NCBI GenBank assembly: GCA_029939505.1
Contig: JAOZSV010000005.1
Location: forward strand, 477 to 64,476
Reading direction: 5' to 3'
Length of the DNA: 64,000 nucleotides
Source: Thiotrichaceae bacterium
Lineage (GTDB): Bacteria; Pseudomonadota; Gammaproteobacteria; Beggiatoales; Beggiatoaceae
Part shown: positions 50,401 through 56,115 of the stretch, piece after piece
Numbering within the stretch: the first letter of the stretch is position 1
Layout of the letters: every line of letters begins with the position of its first letter
The notes under the pieces: model-generated
Told to the model about the DNA's origin: nothing
The model's database searches: none
What the model saw: only the letters and a program-made list of their open reading frames with translations
Made by a program: the position numbers and the translations under genes

Positions 50401-53159
50401 ATCCTTTTGAACGTCAGCGTTACTGGATTGAGCCTTCAACAGACATTGCTACCCAAGAGGCTTTATCGGCCTCACAGGCTAAAAAGTCAGACATTGCCGA
50501 TTGGTTTTATCTGCCTTCGTGGAAACGTTCTGTGCTCCGGACTCATCTTTTGAAAACCTCTGAACTCGACCGGTATTTGGTGTTGATGGATGAATGGGGC
50601 CTCGCTAGCCAACTGGTGACTCGATTGGAACAACAAGGCCATGAAGTCATTACAGTAAGAATGGGAACCACATTTACTCAAACGAGTGAACACAACTATA
50701 TTCTTAATCACCAAAACCGTGATGACTATGATGCTTTGTTCAAAGAACTTAGCACACTCGACAAGATGCCACAGAATATTGTTCATTTGTGGACTATCAC
50801 GAATGATTGTTTTAATGCCAGCGGATTTGAAGAGGTTAAAAAAATTCAAGCTTTAGGATTTTATAGTCTGCTGTTTATAGCACAAGCTCTTGGAAAGCTC
50901 AATTTTACTGATGCGCTTCAACTTCTAATCGTGTCAAACTATTTGCTAGCGGTGACTGAAACAGAGATGTTGTGCTCGGCAAAGGCGACTGTACTTGGCC
51001 CACTTAGTGTTATGGGGCAAGAATATCCAAACATTAATTGTCGAAGCATCGATGTTGTTATTTCCTCATCAGAAGAAACAGAGGTTATAGATACATTGCT
51101 AATGGAAATGGCAAGTAAACACGCTGAACGTGTAATTGCTTACCGTGGTAGGCAACGCTGGGTACAAACTTTTGAACCAGTCAGATTGCTTGAACCCGAT
51201 GAAGAAATATCACCGTTAAGAGAAGGAGGAGTCTATCTGATAACTGGTGGATTGGGAAAAATTGGTTTGGTGCTGGCAGAGCATTTGGCAAAAACAGTGC
51301 AAGCCAAATTGATCTTGACTGGGCGTTCAACTTTTATCGCTTCTAAGGACTGGAAGGATTGGCTGAACACTCATGATGAATATGATGATATCAGTCTCAA
51401 AATCAAAAAAATGCAAGCCATTGAAGAACATGGGGCTGAAGTTTTGATAGTCCGTGCTGATGTGGCTAATCTGCAACAAATGCAAGAAGCGATAACAATG
51501 GCAGAGGAACGGTTTGGTCAAATCAATGGAGTCATTCATACTGCCGGCGTTGTTGAAGACAGTTCATTTAGCTCTATTGAAGAAAGTCGAAAAAATCATT
51601 GTGAACGGCAATTTCAGCCAAAAATATACGGTACATTGGTATTAGAAAAGGTTTTGGAAAAGAACAAACTTGACTTTTGTTTCTTAATGTCTTCCTTATC
51701 TTCGGTTTTAGGCGGATTAGGATTTGTAGCCTATTCAGCCGCCAATATCTTTATGGACGCTTTCGCTTACCAACAGAACCGGGTCAAAAAATCTGTGCCT
51801 TGGCAAAGCGTGAACTGGGATGGTTGGCAATTTGACAACAATACGGAGCCAAGTTCCTCTATTGGAACCACAGTGGCTGAATTTGCGTTCCAAGCGGATG
51901 AAGGTGTCAATGCCTTGCGAAGAGTTTTATCCTATCCTCAACTCACTCAGTTAGTTGTCTCAACGGGTGACTTACAAACTCGGTTCGAGCAATGGGTACT
52001 ACTTGAATCCAAACAAAAGGAAAGCGGGAAATCCTCTAGGCGCTATGCTAGGAATTTGACGACCCCTTATGTGGCCCCTAGTAATGAGATAGAGCAGAAG
52101 CTAGCTGAAATCTGGCAAACCCTCTTGGGGATAGAGCAAGTCGGGATACATGATAACTATTTTGATTTGGGCGGACATTCCCTGTTAGCCGTGCGCTTGA
52201 TGGGGCAGATTGGACAGCTGTTTGGAGAACACCTACCTATCGCTACGCTGTTAGAAGGCCAAACCATTGAAAAACTCGCTCATCTACTACTTCGTCAGAA
52301 CACCACAGACTCTTGGTCTTCTTTGGTACCTATTCAGCCAAAGGGTTCAAAACCACCTTTTTTCTGCATCCCAGGGCTGGGTGGTAATGTGATTTATTTA
52401 TATGAGTTAGCACGTTGCTTAGGCATTGAACAACCGTTTTATGGTTTACAAGCGGTAGGATTTGACGGAGAATCTAAACCTCATACGACTATTGAAGAGA
52501 TGGCTACACACTATATTCGAGAAATACAAACCATACAGCCGGAAGGACCTTATCTGATTGGTGGTCATTCTTTTGGTGCTAAAGTGGCTTTTGAGATGGA
52601 TCAACAGTTACAAAAACAGGGGCAAGAAGTGGCACAACTGGTCATTTTTGATACAATCTCACCTCAGTATTCTAACGAACCAATAGGTGTTGATTGGGAT
52701 GACGTTCAATGGTTGATGGCAGCCGCTAAAGTAGTAGAAGAGTGGTTAGAAACACCTCTTGAAGTCACTGAAACGGTACTCCAATCCCTAGAACCAGCAG
52801 AACAATTAAGCTATTTCCATGAACAATTAAAACGAGTAAACCTTTTTCCACTTGATAGCGATATCAAAAAAGTTCGGGGTTTTGTAGAAGTTTACAAGGC
52901 GAATATTCAAATGCATTATCATTATGTACCACTGGAAATTTATCCAACTCGCATTAGCCTCTTTAAGGCGGCCATTGAGGAACCTGAAGAAACTCTCTCT
53001 GACAAATTGTCTGAGATTCTACGCGAGCCAACTTGGGGGTGGAGTCAGTTGTCGACAGAACCTGTGGCTATTCATGTTGTCCCAGGCGATCATATGACTA
53101 TGATGAATCAGCCTCATGTACAAGTTTTAGCAGAACAACTGAATGTTTGTATTGTATGA
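44316..53159 (+). CDS. Hybrid NRPS-PKS termination protein: docking domain, C-A-PCP, KS-AT-KR-CP, TE
   Basis: The track ORF starts at 44298. ATG 44316 is preferred because GGAGGA lies at 44305-44310 and the ATG overlaps the upstream stop (ATGA).
- C: HHIISDGWS.
- A: LAYVNYTSGSTGQPKG, NGYGPTE; code DALWLGGTFK (Val-type).
- PCP: FFEVGGHSLL.
- KS: IAIIGMSGRFP, QTACSTS, ETHGTGT, NVGHLN.
- AT: LFPGLGDHY, GYSIGE (49650-49664), YHAFHS.
- KR: TGGLGKIG, YSAAN.
- PCP-like carrier: YFDLGGHSLLAV.
- TE: GGHSFG, PGDHMTM. Confidence 0.93.
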   Translation: MKTIEAFLSHLNSLKVKLWEDKEELCYKAPKGVITQALFTEIAERKTEIITFLRQATIATRAHLPPIVPLSRDKDLPLSFAQQRLWFLNQFESDSATYNIPAALRLEGPLYQDALIKSLQTLVQRHENLRAAFPTRNGHPVVQVVEKPFQLSVLDLTTLSLEKQQPKVQQLVNLDANRSFDLETGPLFRATLLQLSADSHVLLLNMHHIISDGWSIGVLVREFSAVYEAFVQDQPSPLPPLPIQYADFAHWQRQWLRGEVLEEQIRYWKQQLAGAPALLELPTDYPRPPVQRFRGTSLPVVLKPELTAQLKHLSQQAGTTLFTTLLSAFAILLSRYSGQSDIVIGSPIANRTHSFTESLIGFFVNTLVLRLNLSGNPPFENVLQQARQVALEAYTHQDIPFEQLVEKLKPERKLSHSPLFQVMFVLQNTPMSGLELAGLSLTPLEAESVIAKFDLTLSMEETADGFLVGGLEYNTDLFERLTVERLIGHFKTLLNGLVANPQQPIHEFPLLAEAEQKQLLAWNDTATDYPRDKTIVDLFEEQVEQIPNAVAVVFKDQQLTYRELNIKANQLAHYLQNLGVKLEVLVGICVERSLEMMIGVLGILKAGGAYLPLDPAYPAARLAFMLKDAKIPVLLTHSTLVKGLPSHQAKTICLDTDWKKLSQFSENNLLTEMTPDNLAYVNYTSGSTGQPKGAEIRHRGVTRLLFGVDYIHLDASQVFLQMAPISFDASTLEIWGALLHGSQCILFPSNIPTIKELNEVLQKHHVTILWLTAALFNSIIDKVPDIFSGIRQLLVGGEALSIPHIRRALDALPNTQLINGYGPTESTTFTCCYPIPKLLDNNLSSIPIGYPIGNTQVYILDAWLQSTPIGVPGELHIGGAGLARGYFNRPELTQEKFIPNPFSQEPEAQLYKTGDLVRYRTDGKIEYLGRIDNQVKIRGFRIELGEIEAVLSQHPAIRENAVIVHETSATDKRLVAYLVPSKSKGQLINNTELRGFLKERLPDYMIPSTFVTLDTMPLTPTGKIDRRALPEPDSTARPQLEAAYVMPQTDAEQRIATVWQQLLQIEKVGIYDNFFEVGGHSLLMVQIQSELQKLFKQPLSMIELFQYPTINALATHLTQDKSQKTAGVLKTSALSGDSQDIAIIGMSGRFPGAQDVDTFWQNLRNGIESITFFSEEELLTEGIEPSLLNDPNYVKAFGLLEDIELFDAAFFGYSPGEAEILDPQQRFFLECAVGAIENAGYDVNRIKGQVGVFAGIGVSDYLLNHIFSHQSLIESVGELPLLLANDKDFLSTRISYKLNLTGPSLNVQTACSTSLVAVHLASQSLRNGECDIALAGGVSIQTPQKVGYLYQPNMIVSPDGHCRAFDAKAQGTIGGSGVGIVVLKRLDQALADGDYIHAVIKGSAINNDGALKVGYTAPSVDGQAAAIAKAMREIDPETITYIETHGTGTTLGDPIEVAALTQAYQQRTQKKGFCAIGAVKTNVGHLNAAAGVTGLIKSVLALKHKMLPPSLHFEQPNPKIDFANSPFFVNNTLSEWKSDGVHRCGVSAFGMGGTNAHVVLEEAPPREPASLGRTWQLLTLSAKTDSALKAAAMNLAIYLKEHPEINFADVAYTLQVGRQTFKHRGMVVCQEMNEAIKVLDTFDPKRISIYASEPRERPIVFLFPGLGDHYVNMAKGLYQSEKIFREQIDFCCDWLKPLLGLDLRELLYPNTEATKESESTIVQSQFDLRKMFASQPESADGTSQKLNQTIFTQPTVFMVEYALAKLWMSWGIKPQAMIGYSIGEYVAACIAGVISLEDALRLVAERAKMIDKLPEGSMLAVPLSEEEVLPLLTEELSLAIISTPKQCVVSGRSKAIGEFEIILKEKEIVCRRLQSYHAFHSWMMDGCSEPLGKLIASIPLKSPTIPYISNVTGTWITKEQATNPHYWVQHTTHTVRFADGINTLLQTPDWIFLEVGPGRSLGSFVFQHPSIQKIEERVVLSSLRHRNEQQADEAFLLNILGQLWLAGIQIKSSSFYAEETRYRLPLPSYPFERQRYWIEPSTDIATQEALSASQAKKSDIADWFYLPSWKRSVLRTHLLKTSELDRYLVLMDEWGLASQLVTRLEQQGHEVITVRMGTTFTQTSEHNYILNHQNRDDYDALFKELSTLDKMPQNIVHLWTITNDCFNASGFEEVKKIQALGFYSLLFIAQALGKLNFTDALQLLIVSNYLLAVTETEMLCSAKATVLGPLSVMGQEYPNINCRSIDVVISSSEETEVIDTLLMEMASKHAERVIAYRGRQRWVQTFEPVRLLEPDEEISPLREGGVYLITGGLGKIGLVLAEHLAKTVQAKLILTGRSTFIASKDWKDWLNTHDEYDDISLKIKKMQAIEEHGAEVLIVRADVANLQQMQEAITMAEERFGQINGVIHTAGVVEDSSFSSIEESRKNHCERQFQPKIYGTLVLEKVLEKNKLDFCFLMSSLSSVLGGLGFVAYSAANIFMDAFAYQQNRVKKSVPWQSVNWDGWQFDNNTEPSSSIGTTVAEFAFQADEGVNALRRVLSYPQLTQLVVSTGDLQTRFEQWVLLESKQKESGKSSRRYARNLTTPYVAPSNEIEQKLAEIWQTLLGIEQVGIHDNYFDLGGHSLLAVRLMGQIGQLFGEHLPIATLLEGQTIEKLAHLLLRQNTTDSWSSLVPIQPKGSKPPFFCIPGLGGNVIYLYELARCLGIEQPFYGLQAVGFDGESKPHTTIEEMATHYIREIQTIQPEGPYLIGGHSFGAKVAFEMDQQLQKQGQEVAQLVIFDTISPQYSNEPIGVDWDDVQWLMAAAKVVEEWLETPLEVTETVLQSLEPAEQLSYFHEQLKRVNLFPLDSDIKKVRGFVEVYKANIQMHYHYVPLEIYPTRISLFKAAIEEPEETLSDKLSEILREPTWGWSQLSTEPVAIHVVPGDHMTMMNQPHVQVLAEQLNVCIV
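49283..50426 (+). other. GYSIG-type AT domain of the terminal PKS module; approximate bounds
   Basis: RPIVFLFPGLGDHYVNMAKGLY, MIGYSIGEYVAACIAG, AERAKMI, YHAFHSWMM, YPFERQRYW. Shares long identical peptide runs with the second AT of the 24311-28702 gene. Confidence 0.8.
52300..53156 (+). other. Type I thioesterase domain; approximate bounds
   Basis: PFFCIPGLGGNVIYLYELA, GGHSFGAKVAFEM (GxSxG), and a C-terminal PGDHMTMM histidine motif at the end of the last megasynthase. Confidence 0.85.
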
Positions 53160-53213
53160 ATCATCATCAAAAAGAGTGTAGCCTCCATTTGAGGTAAATA
53201 TTTTTAAAGGTCA

Positions 53214-53443
53214 TACCAATTTGCATTCTCTGAAGTACTAAGTTCTGAAGCATAAGTTTTATTACTTTTTGGAGTCCAAAGCTGATGCGAAGGCAATAAA
53301 CAATTTTGTAACTGCCTACGCTTACGCTTTGGACTCCAAAATATCAGATAATTTGTGCTTCAGTACTTAAATAGAAGCCTAATAAACCAAGTTTCTTAAA
53401 GAAACTTTGTTTTTTAATACTTCTTGGAACGCCAATTGGTATC
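53214..53443. repeat. Roughly 230-nt multi-tier palindromic element (long imperfect hairpin)
   Basis: Four nested inverted-repeat tiers read directly:
- ATACCAATT 53214-53222 with AATTGGTAT 53435-53443.
- TAAGTTCTGAAGCA 53240-53253 with TGCTTCAGTACTTA 53357-53370 (13/14).
- TTGGAGTCCAAAGC 53270-53283 with GCTTTGGACTCCAA 53327-53340 (14/14).
- GCGAAGGCA 53288-53296 with TGCCTACGC 53314-53322 (8/9). Confidence 0.8.
53390..53416 (+). terminator. Candidate intrinsic terminator (AT-rich stem plus T-run)
   Basis: AAGTTTCTT (53390-53398), A, AAGAAACTT (53400-53408), followed by TGTTTTTTAA. The stem is AT-rich and lies inside the right arm of the larger palindromic element, so its function is uncertain. 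Confidence 0.3.
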
Positions 53444-53541
53444 ACACTTATCAAAAACTTGAGCATCAATAAGTAGATAAATCATTGATTTTAAATACCT
53501 ACATGATGAAGTAGGAACTACCAACTACTTGAAAGGACAAT

Positions 53542-54789
53542 ATGTTAGAGATATTCCAACAACAAGAATCTGAAGTCCGTTATTATTCACGAGCCTTCCC
53601 GACTCTTTTTACCACAGCCAAAGAGGCCTATCTTTACGATACGCAGGGCAAACAGTACATTGATTTTCTCAGTGGGGCGGGTACCATGAATTATGGTCAC
53701 AACAATGCTTTGATGAAACAGGCTATTATCGACTATTTACAAGCTGATGGCGTGGTTCATAGTTTGGATATGGCAACGAAAGCCAAGCAACAATTTTTGG
53801 AACAATTTGAGTCTGTTATCCTGAAACCGCGTGGTTTGGATTATAAAATTCAGTTTCCAGGGCCAACCGGTACTAATGCCGTTGAAGCTGCCCTGAAATT
53901 GGCCAGAAAAATAAAAAAGCGATCCAATGTGATCGCTTTTACCAATAGTTTTCATGGCCTATCAACCGGCGCTTTGTCTGTTACTGGTAATGCCTTCTAT
54001 CGTCACGAAGCGTTTGTTAATCGATTAAACGTGTCATTTGTACCTTATGATGACTATTTTGGAAAAAGCGTTAATACGATTGACTATATCAAACGATTTA
54101 TTGAAGACAGCAACAGTGGTGTTGATTTACCTGCTGCTATGATTTTAGAAACAGTCCAAGCCGATGGAGGAATTAATGTTGCGACAGTGTCGTGGCTACA
54201 ACAATTGGAGCAAATTTGTCGAAAGTTTGATATCTTACTGATTGTCGATGATATTCAGGTTGGCAATGGGCGAACAGGGCAGTTTTTTAGCTTTGAGCGT
54301 GCGAATATTCAACCGGATATTGTCACATTGTCAAAGTCTATCGGTGGGTTTGGTTTACCCTTGTCTCTGGTGTTGATAAAACCAGCATTGGATCAATGGC
54401 AACCCGGTGAGCATACAGGTACATTTCGAGGTAATAATCTTGCGCTAGTGACGGCAACAGAGGCCCTTCATTATTGGAAAACTGACAATTTTTCTGATTC
54501 TATCAAACTCAAAAGCCAAATTCTTGAAAAAACGTTACAGGGTATTTTAGCACACTATCCGAAACTTAACGCACAAGTGAGAGGCATTGGTTTGATTTAT
54601 GGGTTAGAGATTTCTGTGCCAGAAATTGCACAGGCCATTGCTCGCGAAGCGTTCAATCAAGGATTGCTCATAGAACGGTGCGGGGCAAAGGATAATGTTT
54701 TAAAGTTTCTGCCGCCTTTAGTCATTGAAGATGAGGTGCTCAAAGCGGGTTTGGAAATAATGGAGCAAAGTATTAAATCAGTCGTCTGA
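53542..54789 (+). CDS. L-2,4-diaminobutyrate:2-oxoglutarate transaminase (EctB/Dat/PvdH family)
   Basis: 415-aa ORF. ESEVRYYSRAFPTLFTTAKEAYLYDTQGKQYIDFLSGAGTMNYGHNN, PGPTGTNAVEAALKLAR, DDIQVGNGRTGQFFSFE and TLSKSIGGFGLP (PLP Lys) match my memory of EctB almost motif for motif. No other ectoine genes (ectA, ectC) are present. Confidence 0.85.
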   Translation: MLEIFQQQESEVRYYSRAFPTLFTTAKEAYLYDTQGKQYIDFLSGAGTMNYGHNNALMKQAIIDYLQADGVVHSLDMATKAKQQFLEQFESVILKPRGLDYKIQFPGPTGTNAVEAALKLARKIKKRSNVIAFTNSFHGLSTGALSVTGNAFYRHEAFVNRLNVSFVPYDDYFGKSVNTIDYIKRFIEDSNSGVDLPAAMILETVQADGGINVATVSWLQQLEQICRKFDILLIVDDIQVGNGRTGQFFSFERANIQPDIVTLSKSIGGFGLPLSLVLIKPALDQWQPGEHTGTFRGNNLALVTATEALHYWKTDNFSDSIKLKSQILEKTLQGILAHYPKLNAQVRGIGLIYGLEISVPEIAQAIAREAFNQGLLIERCGAKDNVLKFLPPLVIEDEVLKAGLEIMEQSIKSVV

Positions 54790-54851
54790 CAGTCTAATTT
54801 TCCACTTGGTAAAGAATGCGAAATTCAGTTATACTAAACAAAGGAGATATT

Positions 54852-55706
54852 ATGGAAATACAAACCGTTGGTGTTATCGGAGCCGGCGTGATGGGAGTTG
54901 GTGTCGCGCAAAATCTGGCTCAAACCGGGCATCAAGTTGTCCTCATTGATATTTCGGAAGATATTTTGGCGCATGCCAAACAAGAAATTAAGAACAACAT
55001 CCGTTTTCAAGGTTTCATGAAGAAAAGTGTTGAGGATCCGGAAAACACTTTGCAGAAAATTACCTTTACCACCGACTACCAATTACTCAATAAGGCCGAC
55101 TTTGTGGTTGAAAATGTGGTAGAAAAGTGGGACATCAAAAAAGATGTCTACGCAAAAATTGATGCAATATGTCCAGAACATTGCATCTTTGCGGCCAATA
55201 CATCCGCCATTTCCATTACACGTATTGGCTCTGCCACTAAACGGCCCGCTAAAGTGATTGGTATGCACTTTATGAATCCGGTGCCGATGAAAAAAACGGT
55301 TGAAACCATTCGCGGCTACCATACTTCTGATGAAACGATTGAAACCTCAAAACGGTTTCTGGCTCAAATGGGTAAGGATTGTATTCTTGTGAATGATTCT
55401 CCCGGTTTTGTCGCAAACCGGTTGTCTCACCTTTTCATGAACGAAGCTGCAAATCTCGTTATGGAAAATATTGCTGATCCGAAAGACATTGATGAAATTT
55501 TCAAAAAATGTTACGGACATACAATGGGGCCTTTGGAAACTGCTGATTTAATCGGACTTGATACGGTTGTCGAGACTCTGCAAGTCTTGTATGAGAGTTA
55601 TCAGGATTCTAAATTCCGCTGTTCTCCGTTATTGACAAAAATGGTTGATGCCGGCTTGTATGGTCGTAAAAGTGGTCAAGGTTTTTACACTTATCAACGG
55701 GTGTAA
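54852..55706 (+). CDS. 3-hydroxyacyl-CoA dehydrogenase family protein (FkbK/ZmaG-like)
   Basis: The track ORF starts at 54816. ATG 54852 is preferred because AAGGAG lies at 54841-54846. Rossmann N-terminus VGVIGAGVMGVGVAQNLAQTGHQVVLIDIS, plus HFMNPVP and SPGFVANR motifs typical of 3-hydroxybutyryl/acyl-CoA dehydrogenases. Confidence 0.85.
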   Translation: MEIQTVGVIGAGVMGVGVAQNLAQTGHQVVLIDISEDILAHAKQEIKNNIRFQGFMKKSVEDPENTLQKITFTTDYQLLNKADFVVENVVEKWDIKKDVYAKIDAICPEHCIFAANTSAISITRIGSATKRPAKVIGMHFMNPVPMKKTVETIRGYHTSDETIETSKRFLAQMGKDCILVNDSPGFVANRLSHLFMNEAANLVMENIADPKDIDEIFKKCYGHTMGPLETADLIGLDTVVETLQVLYESYQDSKFRCSPLLTKMVDAGLYGRKSGQGFYTYQRV

Positions 55707-55730
55707 TTGTACTCCCTTACAACTGCAATG

Positions 55731-55768
55731 AGTGTGACCTCAATTTACATCAAACGGGAGGTCACACT
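55731..55768. repeat. Intergenic hairpin (11-bp perfect stem, 16-nt loop)
   Basis: AGTGTGACCTC (55731-55741) pairs with GAGGTCACACT (55758-55768), and imperfect pairing extends outwards to about 55725-55774. It lies between the dehydrogenase stop and the carrier-protein start. No T-run follows. Confidence 0.6.
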
Positions 55769-55819
55769 TACTGCAATAACTTAAATATTGCGTTTAACTC
55801 GAACTTAAAAGGTAATTAC

Positions 55820-56056
55820 ATGACCACAGATGAAATTCTGGAAAAAACGAAGTCGTTTCTGGCTCAATTTATCAATGTCAACGTGGCGGATGATGAAGAA
55901 CTCTTCGCGTCAGGTTTAGTAAATTCGCTGTTTGCTATGCAACTGGTGTTGTTTATCGAAAAAGAATTTTCCATCAAGGTTGAAAACGAAGATCTTGATT
56001 ATGATAATTTCAGAACCTTGAACGCGATTGTTGGCTTTATTGAAAAAAAAATCTGA
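55820..56056 (+). CDS. Discrete acyl carrier protein (FkbJ/ZmaD-like)
   Basis: 78-aa ORF of carrier-protein size, with the candidate phosphopantetheine Ser in SGLVNSLFAMQLVLFIEKEF. It is embedded between the two dehydrogenase genes, as in (meth)oxymalonyl-ACP cassettes. Confidence 0.75.
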   Translation: MTTDEILEKTKSFLAQFINVNVADDEELFASGLVNSLFAMQLVLFIEKEFSIKVENEDLDYDNFRTLNAIVGFIEKKI

Positions 56057-56065
56057 GAAATACCT

Positions 56066-56088
56066 CCGAGGTTTTCAAAACCTCGGAA
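56066..56088. repeat. Short palindrome TCCGAGGTTTT-C-AAAACCTCGGA directly after the ACP stop codon
   Basis: Read directly, 10 nt after the TGA at 56054-56056. It shares the CGAGG...CCTCG core with the larger palindromes at 60983 and 62818. No T-run follows, so it is not a canonical terminator. Confidence 0.6.
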
Positions 56089-56115
56089 GTCTAGCTCATA
56101 AAAAATGGAGAAAAA

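Noticed and set aside
53183-53196. Terminator directly after the TE gene (CCTC-CATTT-GAGG followed by an A/T-rich tract)
   Set aside because: The stem is only 4-5 bp, too weak to call. The larger palindromic element downstream is the more plausible transcript-end structure.
54816-54851. ATG 54816 as the start of the 3-hydroxyacyl-CoA dehydrogenase-like gene
   Set aside because: ATG 54852 is preceded by AAGGAG and places the Rossmann GxGxxG at the usual distance from the N-terminus.
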